Positions 47,706-57,453 of a stretch of 64,000 bases of DNA are shown piece by piece. The DNA is from Candidatus Cloacimonadales bacterium (lineage in GTDB: Bacteria > Cloacimonadota > Cloacimonadia > Cloacimonadales > JAFGVF01): contig CAXXOU010000004.1 of the NCBI GenBank assembly GCA_963677495.2, positions 1,280,001 through 1,344,000 of the forward strand. The letters run 5' to 3'. A program made the position numbers and the translations under genes. The notes under the pieces were generated by a model. That model made no database searches and was not told the origin of the DNA. It saw only the letters and a program-made list of their open reading frames with translations. The number at the start of each line of letters is the position of its first letter. Position 1 is the first letter of the stretch.

Positions 47706-49001
47706 ATGAAAATACTTTTAACCAACGATGATGGGATTAACGCTCCCGGAATCGTAATTTTAGCAGAACATTTAAAATCTGCCGGGCATGAGATTGTTCT
47801 TGTGGCACCTTCTGAACAAAGAAGTGCATCTTCTCATTCGATAACACTTTTTAAAGATATAGTTCTTAACAAAATTGAATCTAATCGCTGGTCCGTTTCC
47901 GGCACTCCTGCAGATTGTATGGTTGTAGCAGCCCAATATGTACTTGATAGTTCGTTTGATTTAGTTATTTCCGGGATTAACGGTGGTCAGAATATGGGAG
48001 AAGATATCTTCTATTCTGGCACTGTCGCAGCTGCAGCAGAAGCAGCGTTTCAAGGTTATAAAGCAATCGCAATCTCTATTGATACCTATGAAAATCAGAA
48101 GTACGAGACTGCAGCTAAAATCATGGTAGACCTGTTAAACAATTGTATTCTGGATATGATCTCAGACAATCGAGTTTTGAATGTAAATGTTCCAAATATT
48201 GATTACTCTGAGATTAGAGGAATTAAGATAACAAAAAGCGGGAACAGAAGTTATTCCAATTTTATGAGAGTTCAATCCCAGACTGATACAAAAATGGTTT
48301 ATCAAGTAGGAGGCGACTATCCTGATTGGTGTTTACAACCAAGAACAGACTCTCTTGCAATAAAAAGTAATTATGTTTCTATAACTCCATTAAAGTTTGA
48401 TTTAAATGAATACAGTTTTCATCATGAATTAAAGGATTGGAAGTATCGATTCAATGAGATGTACACTGAACACATTCCCATTATTGAACCAGGTAAAAAG
48501 CTGAATGTAAAACAGACAGCACAGAACATTAAAGAGAAAGTTAAATCAATTGCAATAGAGACTGAGGAAGAGAAAAAACTTAGAAAGATTCCTTTTTTTG
48601 CAAAACTCACTACAACACAAATCAAGAAACTTTATACCTATTGTCATGTGAGACATTACAAAACAGGAGAGATAATTTTCAAAGATAATTATCCTATTGT
48701 AGCATTATACATTATTCAAGAAGGTGAAGTTGCTATTTTTAATGCTGAAGACATGGATAAAGCAGAAAATATTTACACTAAAAACCAAACCCTAGGTGTT
48801 GTAGAGATGTTCAGTGGCGTTAAACGTATGAACACAGCTGTAGCAAACAGTAATTGTACGCTGTTATCAATTTCGAAAAGCGATTTCAATGAATTCCTTA
48901 ACAGGGATCCAAGAGCCGGATCAAAGATTCTTTACGGCATTACCAAATCATTTAGTAAATTCATTGTTAATAACAATTTTTTCTTCTTGAGAGAGGACTA
49001 A
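47706..49001 (+). CDS. surE: 5'/3'-nucleotidase SurE fused to a C-terminal cyclic-nucleotide-binding-like domain
   Basis: LLTNDDG, GTPADC, SGINGGQN, YSGTV, LNVN, SITPL; then LRKIPFF..GEIIF..LYIIQEGEV..KRMNTAVA. Confidence 0.85.
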   Translation: MKILLTNDDGINAPGIVILAEHLKSAGHEIVLVAPSEQRSASSHSITLFKDIVLNKIESNRWSVSGTPADCMVVAAQYVLDSSFDLVISGINGGQNMGEDIFYSGTVAAAAEAAFQGYKAIAISIDTYENQKYETAAKIMVDLLNNCILDMISDNRVLNVNVPNIDYSEIRGIKITKSGNRSYSNFMRVQSQTDTKMVYQVGGDYPDWCLQPRTDSLAIKSNYVSITPLKFDLNEYSFHHELKDWKYRFNEMYTEHIPIIEPGKKLNVKQTAQNIKEKVKSIAIETEEEKKLRKIPFFAKLTTTQIKKLYTYCHVRHYKTGEIIFKDNYPIVALYIIQEGEVAIFNAEDMDKAENIYTKNQTLGVVEMFSGVKRMNTAVANSNCTLLSISKSDFNEFLNRDPRAGSKILYGITKSFSKFIVNNNFFFLRED

Positions 49002-50062
49002 TGAAAGTAGCCAGGATTATATTTTATATCCTTATCGCTATTCTAATTGTAGCCGGATTCTTCTTTTATCAGACAGTTATCCGCTACATTGTAGCTGCTA
49101 CTATTTTTGCTTATATTTTAAATCCGGTAGTACTTTTCTTAGAAGGTCGGGGACTTAGTAGAGTTAAGTCTATAGTCTGTGTTTACATAGCGTTAGGAAT
49201 GATAATATTTTGGAGTATCTATTTCCTCATTCCTGTTTTAATAGATCAGGCTCTAAGTGTTATTGATGTTATTAGAGGTACATCTGAGACCGGCGGGTTT
49301 GACTTTAACAATATCCCTATCATAATTAAGTTAGAAGAATCAATAAACAACTTACAAGAAATGGTTCCTATGCTTAATCTAGATCCTTTCTTAGAGCAGA
49401 TTGGTAATCTTTTAAAGAAGTTTTTCCTTAATGCTCCCCAATTATTGATTGATTATTCTGCTAGCGTGATCAAAGCCTTTTCTTTTATTGCAACCATGCC
49501 AATTATGGGATTTTTTCTGCTTAAAGACTGGCATAAGTTCAAGAAATCTATTTTTACAATTATTCCAAATAAATATTTAGAATTAACCATGCACCTTTTC
49601 ACAAAAACTGATCAGATTGTTGGTCGCTACCTGAGAGCTCTTCTTGTGGAAATTGCAATAATCGCAATGCTTGCATCTGTAGTATTATCAATTATCGGGG
49701 TTAAATACTCTGTTCTCATTGGTACTTTAGCCGGTATTGCTAACGTCATCCCATATCTTGGACCATGGATGGGAATCATATTTGCAGTTTTATCAGTTGT
49801 TATTACCGGTAAAGAGGCAATATTCATACTTATAACAGTTTTAGGAATGTGGTTCGTACAAATCATTGATAATAACTTTGTTTACCCAATTGTTATTGGT
49901 AAAAATACTGAGATGCATCCACTTGTTATACTACTAACTGTTATGGCCGGTGGTTGGGCTTTTGGCTTGACAGGAATGTTATTCTCAGTTCCTGTAGTTT
50001 ACTTAATTTATGGTATCGTAAAAGAATTACAAAAGCAATTAAAAGAATTCGAAATTATATAA
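49001..50062 (+). CDS. AI-2E/PerM family transporter
   Basis: AYILNP, NVIPYLGP, QIIDNNFVYP, MHP, FGLTGMLFSVP. Confidence 0.9.
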   Translation: MKVARIIFYILIAILIVAGFFFYQTVIRYIVAATIFAYILNPVVLFLEGRGLSRVKSIVCVYIALGMIIFWSIYFLIPVLIDQALSVIDVIRGTSETGGFDFNNIPIIIKLEESINNLQEMVPMLNLDPFLEQIGNLLKKFFLNAPQLLIDYSASVIKAFSFIATMPIMGFFLLKDWHKFKKSIFTIIPNKYLELTMHLFTKTDQIVGRYLRALLVEIAIIAMLASVVLSIIGVKYSVLIGTLAGIANVIPYLGPWMGIIFAVLSVVITGKEAIFILITVLGMWFVQIIDNNFVYPIVIGKNTEMHPLVILLTVMAGGWAFGLTGMLFSVPVVYLIYGIVKELQKQLKEFEII

Positions 50063-50075
50063 AGGTTGTTATTTT

Positions 50076-51254
50076 ATGGCTTTATTTGACAAATGCAATC
50101 AATTTACTGCTGCGAAAGAGTTAATTTCAGCAGGTTTTTATCCCTATTTCAGAGAAATCTCTTCTGAGCAAGACACTGAAGTAATATGTAATGGAAAAAA
50201 GATGTTAATGCTAGGTTCCAATAGTTACTTAGGATTAACAAACCACCCTAAAGTCAAAGAAGCTTCTATCGAAGCAGTAAAGAAATATGGCACTGGTTGT
50301 GCCGGTTCTAGATTTTTAAATGGTACTTTAGACATTCATCTTGAATTAGAAGAGGAATTAGCTAAATATGTTGGCAAAGAAGCTGCTCTTGCTTATCCAA
50401 CAGGATATCAATCGAATGTAGGTTGTATATCAGCTCTTGTCGGTAAAGGGGATTACGTTATAACCGACAAATATGACCATGCTTCCATTATTGATGGTTG
50501 TCGTTTATCTTATGGTAAAATGGAAAGATTTACCCATAATGATATGAACAGTCTCAAAACGGTTTTAAAAAAGATTGAAGGGCGTAATTCACTCATTGTT
50601 GTCGATGGTATCTTCTCGATGGAGGGAGATATTGCTGATGTAAAAGAGATAGTGAAACTTGCTAAAGCTAACAATGCTGAAGTTATGGTTGATGAAGCGC
50701 ACTCTTTAGGTGTTTTAGGACATCTTGGTGCCGGAGCTGCTGATGCAAGTGGTGTAAAAGATGATGTTGCTATCCTTATGGGAACCTTTAGTAAATCATT
50801 AGCCTCTATTGGTGGTTTTATTGCTGCTGATAAAGAAACTATCCATTATCTTAAGCATCATTCAAGAGCACTTATCTTCAGTGCCTCACTTCCCCCAGCT
50901 TCTGCTGCAAGTGTGCTGGCTGCTTTAAAGATTATTCAAGCTGAACCTGAACGCATTGAGAAACTCTGGGAAAATACACATCATATGATGAAAAGCTTTA
51001 AAGCAATGGGATATAACACCGGTGATTCTTGTACACCTGTTATTCCTTTACACATTGGTGATGCGATGAAAACAATGGAAATGTGGAAATACCTGGCAGA
51101 GGAAGGTGTATTCATTAACCCTATTCTACCTCCAGCTGTGCCGCCTACTCAATGTATCATTAGAACCAGCTTCATGGCTACACACTCAATCGAGCAACTT
51201 GACTTTGCCCTAGACAAATTTGAGAAGATTGGTAAGAAATTAAATATAATATAG
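50076..51254 (+). CDS. Alpha-oxoamine synthase, serine palmitoyltransferase-like
   Basis: YPYFR.I.SEQDTEV, GSNSYLGL, GCAGSRFLNGT, DEAHS, GTFSKS (PLP Lys), IFSAS. Confidence 0.8.
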   Translation: MALFDKCNQFTAAKELISAGFYPYFREISSEQDTEVICNGKKMLMLGSNSYLGLTNHPKVKEASIEAVKKYGTGCAGSRFLNGTLDIHLELEEELAKYVGKEAALAYPTGYQSNVGCISALVGKGDYVITDKYDHASIIDGCRLSYGKMERFTHNDMNSLKTVLKKIEGRNSLIVVDGIFSMEGDIADVKEIVKLAKANNAEVMVDEAHSLGVLGHLGAGAADASGVKDDVAILMGTFSKSLASIGGFIAADKETIHYLKHHSRALIFSASLPPASAASVLAALKIIQAEPERIEKLWENTHHMMKSFKAMGYNTGDSCTPVIPLHIGDAMKTMEMWKYLAEEGVFINPILPPAVPPTQCIIRTSFMATHSIEQLDFALDKFEKIGKKLNII

Positions 51255-51279
51255 CTGCTAGAGAAAGGATTATTTTATT

Positions 51280-51309
51280 GGAGTCTGTCACTTGATAGAC
51301 TCCTTTTTT
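51280..51309 (+). terminator. Intrinsic terminator
   Basis: GGAGTCTGTCA-CT-TGATAGACTCC followed by TTTTTT. Confidence 0.8.
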
Positions 51310-51421
51310 ATATATATGGAATTAACCGACTAAGTCTGCTTTTAATGCAAGACTTGCTTAACTCTAAAAATTTGCAGTATAGACACATAGCTTATATTGT
51401 TACTTCAATCTAACATTTCAG

Positions 51422-51463
51422 TTGACAAAAAAAATAGTCTTAGTATTGTTAGTAAAAACTAAC
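51422..51463 (+). promoter_or_regulatory. Sigma70-like promoter with overlapping palindromic operator (putative DtxR/MntR-type box)
   Basis: TTGACA at 51422, TATTGT at 51444, and perfect palindrome GTTAGT-AAAA-ACTAAC at 51448-51463 before the AGGAG RBS. Confidence 0.65.
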
Positions 51464-51475
51464 TTAGGAGTTTCG

Positions 51476-52183
51476 ATGCGAGCGAACCTGAATGCTTTAG
51501 GTGAAAGTTTAGAAGATTATCTTGAAACTATCATGTTAGCTCATAAAGAGCTTAGACGTGTGAGAGTTACTGATGTTGCTGACAGATTGAATGTTAAAAA
51601 ATCTTCAGTAAATTCAGCAATAAAGAAACTGGTTGCTGCCGGATATATAAATCATGAAAGATATGGAGATATTGAACTCACAGACTCGGGCTTCAAACTA
51701 GCTGAGCAGATTTATCAACGCCATAAATCACTTACAGAGTTTTTAACAAACATTTTAGGTGTTAATGAAAGAACAGCTTCCTTAAATGCATGTGCAATTG
51801 AACATCATTTGAATGAGGAAACATATCTTAGATTTATGTATCTTTCTGAGTTTCTTCAAGAAGGTGAAAAGAATGATAAGCTGCTAACCAGATTGCATGA
51901 ATATATTGAGACTAAAAGGCATATCCTCATGGCATCACGTGATATGACAACTATTAAAGACCTTCGAATTGGTGATGTTGCAATCATTAAGAATTATGCT
52001 GAAGATACAGATAAAGAATACAAAGCTAAACTCCTTAGAATGGGTTTGATTAAGAATACTAAACTAAAAGTAGTTAGAGTAGCACCATTAGGTGACCCAA
52101 TCGAGGTATCTATCAATAACTATCACATTATGCTAAGAAAAGATGAAGCTAATTGCGTAGAAGTTGAGGTAATAGATGAATAA
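51476..52183 (+). CDS. DtxR/MntR-family metal-dependent repressor with C-terminal FeoA domain
   Basis: SLEDYLE, HTH, RH, ACAIEH; FeoA motifs LLRMGL..VVRVAPLGDPIEV..LRKDEA. Start moved to 51476. Confidence 0.9.
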   Translation: MRANLNALGESLEDYLETIMLAHKELRRVRVTDVADRLNVKKSSVNSAIKKLVAAGYINHERYGDIELTDSGFKLAEQIYQRHKSLTEFLTNILGVNERTASLNACAIEHHLNEETYLRFMYLSEFLQEGEKNDKLLTRLHEYIETKRHILMASRDMTTIKDLRIGDVAIIKNYAEDTDKEYKAKLLRMGLIKNTKLKVVRVAPLGDPIEVSINNYHIMLRKDEANCVEVEVIDE

Positions 52184-54581
52184 TAAAGAGATAAAAGTTG
52201 CACTTACAGGTAATCCCAACTGCGGAAAAACTACTATATTCAATGCTTTAACCGGAGCACAACAAACTGTTGGTAACTGGCCAGGGGTCACTGTAGAACA
52301 CAAAGAAGGCTATTTTGAGTATAAAGACACAAAGATAACTGTTATTGATTTACCCGGAACATACTCTTTTTCTGCCCTTTCCGAAGATGAACAGATAGCA
52401 AACAACTTTGTTCAAAGCGGACAAGCAGATCTTATTATCAATGTGTTAGATGCATCTAATCTAGAGAGACATCTATACTTAACTACTCAGTTGATAGAGA
52501 TGAAAGTGCCTATGCTTGTTGTACTAAACATGATGGATGTCGCTAAAACAAATAGCATTAAGATAGATATTGAGCACCTAGCAAAGCACTTGGACTGTCC
52601 CGTAGTAACAACTATTGCGAATAGACGTTCTGATGGTTTGAATTCTCTGAAAGAAGCAATTATTTCAACTGATAAAGGTCATGTTTCATCAACAGAGATT
52701 GGATATGACACGTTCTTTGAGACTCACTTAAAGCATGTAACCGAAGAGTTATTAAAGAAAGATCTACCTGCGAATATTGATCCACGCTGGTTAGCTCTTA
52801 AGATGTTTGAAGATAACTATCAGTACTGTCGACATCAGCACTGCGGCAGACACGGACATGGACAGCATCGTGGGCATGGACATGGAAAGCATGATGGAAG
52901 TGGGATACGACAAGGATTCATGCGTCATAGAAAACTTCGAAAGCGAATGCATGAAGCTATGCAAAATGAATCTCTTAAATTCTATCTTGATGAAAACTTC
53001 TCTGCGAAGCTTAATGAGATAAACGACAAAGTTAGAAAACATACTAGAGATGAAATAGATGTTGTTATAGCAGATGGACGCTATGGATTTATCAGAGGTT
53101 TAGCTAAAGATGTTATTCACAGAAGTACCTTACGTAGAAATGTGACTGAGCTCATAGACAATGTAGTTCTAAACAGATTTCTTGGAATACCTAGTTTCTT
53201 TATTGTATTGTTCTTAGTTTTCTATATGACTATCAATGTTGGTACACCATTTATAGATTTCTTTGATTCACTCATGGGTGCTATCTTTGTTGATGGATTT
53301 GCATCATTACTTGAGAGTCTACACTCTCCCCTATGGTTAATCAACATCTTAGCTTATAGCATAGGTGGTGGTATACAGACAGTTTCAACTTTCATTCCGC
53401 CTATCTTCTTCATCTTTGTCTCACTGGCTATACTTGAAGATTCAGGTTATATGTCCAGAGCTGCCTTTGTAATGGATAGATTCTTAAGATTCTTAGGATT
53501 ACCGGGTAAGGCGTTTATTCCATTAATGGTGGGATTTGGCTGTACAGTACCTGCTATTTTGGCAACAAGAACTTTAGAGAATAAACGGGAAAGACTGATT
53601 GCCATAATGATGACACCATTTATGTCGTGTGGTGCCAGGTTCCCGGTTTATGCTCTCTTCATCTCATTATTCTTTGCGAAATCCGGTAGTTTAGTGCTCT
53701 TTGGTATCTATTTACTTGGTATTTTCTTGGCTATTGTGACAGGTCTTCTTTTCAAGAAAACAATATTCCAAGGAGATACTTCAACCTTTGTAATGGAATT
53801 ACCTCCATACCATATCCCAACCCTCCGTGGAGTGATGACTCATACTTGGTTTAGGCTAAAATCTTTTATTATGAAAGCCGGTATAATGATTCTGGTCTTA
53901 GTTATTATCCTCAATGTGTTTGGTAACATTGGATTAGATGGTAAGTTTGGTGAAAACAGCAATAGTGACTCCATCCTAACAGGTTTTGGGAAGCTCGTTA
54001 CCCCTATATTCCATCCAATGGGTATTGATTCAGATAACTGGGAAGCATCTGTAGGTCTTATCACAGGCTTGTTTGCCAAAGAAGCTGTAATTGGCACACT
54101 TAGCGTATTATATAAAGATCAAGTTGCAGACGAGGAATTAGCTGTAGAGGATACTGAAGAATTTAAGCTCCTACCTGCAATCGGCTCATCGTTTGTAGTA
54201 TTGTGGGAAGGTTTCTTTGGTTCCGATGATGCTGAAGAAGAGGGTGAAGACAACTCACTCCGACCTATCATGAAGCGGAAGTTTAAATCCAAAGCTAATG
54301 TGCTGGCATATCTAATATTTATTCTAATTTATGCTCCATGTGTTGCTGCAATCGGTACAATATTTAATGAAACTAACGGTAAATGGACATGGATAATTGT
54401 AGGCTACCTCACCGGTCTTGCCTGGATAGTTTCAATGCTATTCTACCAGTTTGCAACCTTCTTTACTCATCCTGGCTCTTCTCTATTGTGGATTAGTTCC
54501 GGATTAACAGTAATAATTGCTTTCTACTTATTCTTAAAACATCAGGGAAATCGATTGCAAGGCAAAGTAAACTATTGGTAA
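52176..54581 (+). CDS. feoB: Ferrous iron transporter FeoB
   Basis: GNPNCGKT, GNWPGVT, DLPGTYS, NMMD, EDSGY, GFGC, FVMELPPY, KEAV. Confidence 0.95.
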   Translation: MNNKEIKVALTGNPNCGKTTIFNALTGAQQTVGNWPGVTVEHKEGYFEYKDTKITVIDLPGTYSFSALSEDEQIANNFVQSGQADLIINVLDASNLERHLYLTTQLIEMKVPMLVVLNMMDVAKTNSIKIDIEHLAKHLDCPVVTTIANRRSDGLNSLKEAIISTDKGHVSSTEIGYDTFFETHLKHVTEELLKKDLPANIDPRWLALKMFEDNYQYCRHQHCGRHGHGQHRGHGHGKHDGSGIRQGFMRHRKLRKRMHEAMQNESLKFYLDENFSAKLNEINDKVRKHTRDEIDVVIADGRYGFIRGLAKDVIHRSTLRRNVTELIDNVVLNRFLGIPSFFIVLFLVFYMTINVGTPFIDFFDSLMGAIFVDGFASLLESLHSPLWLINILAYSIGGGIQTVSTFIPPIFFIFVSLAILEDSGYMSRAAFVMDRFLRFLGLPGKAFIPLMVGFGCTVPAILATRTLENKRERLIAIMMTPFMSCGARFPVYALFISLFFAKSGSLVLFGIYLLGIFLAIVTGLLFKKTIFQGDTSTFVMELPPYHIPTLRGVMTHTWFRLKSFIMKAGIMILVLVIILNVFGNIGLDGKFGENSNSDSILTGFGKLVTPIFHPMGIDSDNWEASVGLITGLFAKEAVIGTLSVLYKDQVADEELAVEDTEEFKLLPAIGSSFVVLWEGFFGSDDAEEEGEDNSLRPIMKRKFKSKANVLAYLIFILIYAPCVAAIGTIFNETNGKWTWIIVGYLTGLAWIVSMLFYQFATFFTHPGSSLLWISSGLTVIIAFYLFLKHQGNRLQGKVNYW

Positions 54582-54589
54582 TATATTAA

Positions 54590-54615
54590 GGGAACCGATA
54601 TCGGTTCCCCTTTTT
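54590..54615 (+). terminator. Intrinsic terminator
   Basis: GGGAACCGA-TA-TCGGTTCCC followed by CTTTTT. Confidence 0.8.
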
Positions 54616-54873
54616 CTGATTTATACTGTCTATTATCTCAAAAATTTATCAAAAATTAGGCTGGTAGAAGTCAGTATAAATTGTTCATCTCTCGCCTAAT
54701 CCTACCGTGAGTATCCCCTGCCCCAGTCCCGTACAGTCACGGGAAGAGCATGGCTGGAGCTGGGATTATGCAAGCGTGACCTTACTACTTCTTCCAGACT
54801 TCTTTCAGACTAATTCTCCTATCATACATCTCTTTATTCTCTGCAGTAATCAGTAATAGCAAACAGGTTTTAA

Positions 54874-54957
54874 CTTGGTGATAGCTTGGTGAATTCTTGG
54901 CAATTAGGCCAAGGATAGGCCAAGGGTTTACCAAGTGTTTACCAAGTGTCTGGCAGG
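54874..54957. repeat. 11-bp-phased CTTGG/CCAAG palindromic array
   Basis: CTTGG at 54874, 54885, 54896; CCAAG at 54909, 54920, 54931, 54942. Confidence 0.9.
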
Positions 54958-54988
54958 TATTACTGCCGGGAGATTAAGGATTAGTACT

Positions 54989-55039
54989 GCATTTCAGGGA
55001 GTTTGTCGGACTGATAAGGCAATGGACTGCCTGAAATGC
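54989..55039. repeat. 51-bp palindromic repeat (reverse orientation)
   Basis: GCATTTCAGGGAG...CTGCCTGAAATGC matches the reverse complement of 191-241. Confidence 0.8.
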
Positions 55040-55244
55040 GATCAATTCCTCTGAAGTGCACTATTTGCAAGGTCTGCGACCATTCCAAAGGTACAGATTA
55101 CAGATGCTTACAAGGAGTTCTTTAGAGTAATGTCTTCCATCATTAGTGTCAATGGCAGTGAGAAATGGTACACGATGGCAGTGAAAAGTGGTACAAAACT
55201 GCCAACCTTTAAAAATGACTACTTCAAGACAGTTTGGAGTAGGT

Positions 55245-56720
55245 ATGATTGGAGTAGAAGTGTATCATTCAATAAAAACTATGCATAAGCAAGGGCATAG
55301 TCAGCGTAAGATCGCAGAGGAGTTGTCTCTATCAAAGACAACAGTAGGTAAATACATAAATATGACACTTGATGAGTTCATGGAACTAATAAACAATAGC
55401 ATTCGTGAAAGCAGTTTTGCCATATGTGAGCAATATGTCCGCGAAAGGCTTAGCAAATATCCACGATTAAGAGCTAGTGTACTATATTTAGAAGTTAAGA
55501 AAAAGTTCCCTGAGATAAAAGCAAAAGACAGAGCTTTCCGAGATTTTGTTCGTAAGCTAAAGCAGACTTATCCTGTCGATAAATACCGTAATTATGCAGT
55601 TATCGAGACGGCTCCCGGTGTTCAGGTTCAAGTTGATCCAGGTGAGATGAAAGTAGTTTTGGGTAATAAACGTCAAAGAGTTTATTTTATAGTTTTTGTG
55701 CTTTCCCACTCGCGTCAAAGCTATGTCCATTGGAGCACAACACCATATAACACATCAAGGTTTATTGAAGCTCATCGTGAAGCTTTTATCTATTTTGAAG
55801 GTATCCCTTCAGAGTGTGTTTACGACCAGACAAAGCTTGTAGTAATACAGGAACGCTATCGGGAAGTAATCTTAAATAATCAGTTCCATCAGTTTGCAGC
55901 AAAAACGGGCTTTCATCCTCATGTATGCGAAGGCTATGATCCACAAAGCAAGGGTAAAGTAGAGCGTAATGTCTCAGAAGTAAAGCATGGCTTTATGTAT
56001 GGCAAAGAGTTCAAAGACCTGGCAGACCTGCGTTCACGCGGACTTGAGTGGCTTTTACACTTTAACGGCAGAACCCATGGCACAACCCGTAAAGTACCAT
56101 CAGAAGTATGGCAAGAAGAGAGGTTAAAGCTAAAAGATATTCCAGAGTTTATCTTCACTTTAGAAGTTCGTAATGCAGATAAAACAGGCTTAATCTCGTA
56201 TGAGGGTAATAAGTACTCTGTTCCATTAGAGTATCAGCGAAAACAGGTATATGTGCAAAAAGAAAAGAGCACTTTAGTGGTGATGGATATTTATACAAGA
56301 AAGGAAATCTGCCAACATGAGCTATGCACAGAAAAAGGCAAAATCATCAAAAACACTAATCATTATCGGGATTTTACGGTAGTGCTACAAGAGCTTATTG
56401 AGCGAGTAAAGGATGAGATGAGTGAATATATCCAAGGAGAAGAACTAATCCAGAGGCTTGTTAATGATAACCCTAAAATAGCAAGGGATCAGTTGAGAGC
56501 CTTAAGCAAGTTTAAGCGTAACTATGAAACAGATGTATGGGAGTCAGTGCTTCCTGAGGTAATGACTCTTTCGCATGTAAAGGCAACAGCCATAGAGAAG
56601 CTTCTGAATGCAAAAGTAAGACAAATGAAGCTAAATGAATTATCAGAATCAGAACCACAACAAGACTCAGAGAGTTCATTAATAGAGCGCTCATTAGATG
56701 ACTACATGAAGGTGTTATAA
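55245..56720 (+). CDS. istA: IS21 transposase IstA
   Basis: Protein identical to copy 1. Confidence 0.95.
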   Translation: MIGVEVYHSIKTMHKQGHSQRKIAEELSLSKTTVGKYINMTLDEFMELINNSIRESSFAICEQYVRERLSKYPRLRASVLYLEVKKKFPEIKAKDRAFRDFVRKLKQTYPVDKYRNYAVIETAPGVQVQVDPGEMKVVLGNKRQRVYFIVFVLSHSRQSYVHWSTTPYNTSRFIEAHREAFIYFEGIPSECVYDQTKLVVIQERYREVILNNQFHQFAAKTGFHPHVCEGYDPQSKGKVERNVSEVKHGFMYGKEFKDLADLRSRGLEWLLHFNGRTHGTTRKVPSEVWQEERLKLKDIPEFIFTLEVRNADKTGLISYEGNKYSVPLEYQRKQVYVQKEKSTLVVMDIYTRKEICQHELCTEKGKIIKNTNHYRDFTVVLQELIERVKDEMSEYIQGEELIQRLVNDNPKIARDQLRALSKFKRNYETDVWESVLPEVMTLSHVKATAIEKLLNAKVRQMKLNELSESEPQQDSESSLIERSLDDYMKVL

Positions 56721-56721
56721 G

Positions 56722-57453
56722 ATGATAGAGATAACTAAAACATACATCAAAAGGGCTCGTTGTACTCATATTTTGAATACTCTTGAAAGTGCAGTTTTAG
56801 AAGCAGAGAAACAGAATATGACTTATCTGGAGTTCGTACATTATCTATTTGAAAAAGAGAACTCAGGAAGGAATCAAACCAATATCAACAGAAGACTTAA
56901 ACAGGCTCACATCCCGATAATAAAGACCTTTGATGAGTTCGACTATGCTTATCAACAAGTAATAACCAAAAGACAAGTAAAGGAGTGGAAGAACTTTGTC
57001 TGGCTGGAGCAGAGGAGGAATATAATTTTAATGGGACCTCCGGGAGTAGGTAAGACTCATGTTGCAACAGCACTCAGTTATGAAGCAATAAAGGCAGGCT
57101 ATAAGGTGGTGTTTTATAATCTGAACAACCTTATCGAAGAACTTGTACTAGCTGAAGCAGATAACAACATAGATAAATATCTAAGCAATATAGCCAAGAA
57201 TGATCTGATAGTTATAGATGAGATGGGGTATCTTCCTCTCCAGACAAAGGCAGCTAATCTGTTCTTTAGACTCATCCATCTCTTATACGAATTTAGATCA
57301 GTAATCATAACATCGAATAGGTTGTTTAATGAATGGGGAGCTATTTTTAACGACAATGTGATAGCAACTGCTATTCTTGATAGATTACTCCATCACTCAC
57401 AACCAATTACAATGCTCGGAGATAGCTTTAGACTAAGGAATTTTCAAAAATGA
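56722..57453 (+). CDS. istB: IS21 helper ATPase IstB
   Basis: Differs from copy 1 by one V/I substitution. Confidence 0.95.
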   Translation: MIEITKTYIKRARCTHILNTLESAVLEAEKQNMTYLEFVHYLFEKENSGRNQTNINRRLKQAHIPIIKTFDEFDYAYQQVITKRQVKEWKNFVWLEQRRNIILMGPPGVGKTHVATALSYEAIKAGYKVVFYNLNNLIEELVLAEADNNIDKYLSNIAKNDLIVIDEMGYLPLQTKAANLFFRLIHLLYEFRSVIITSNRLFNEWGAIFNDNVIATAILDRLLHHSQPITMLGDSFRLRNFQK

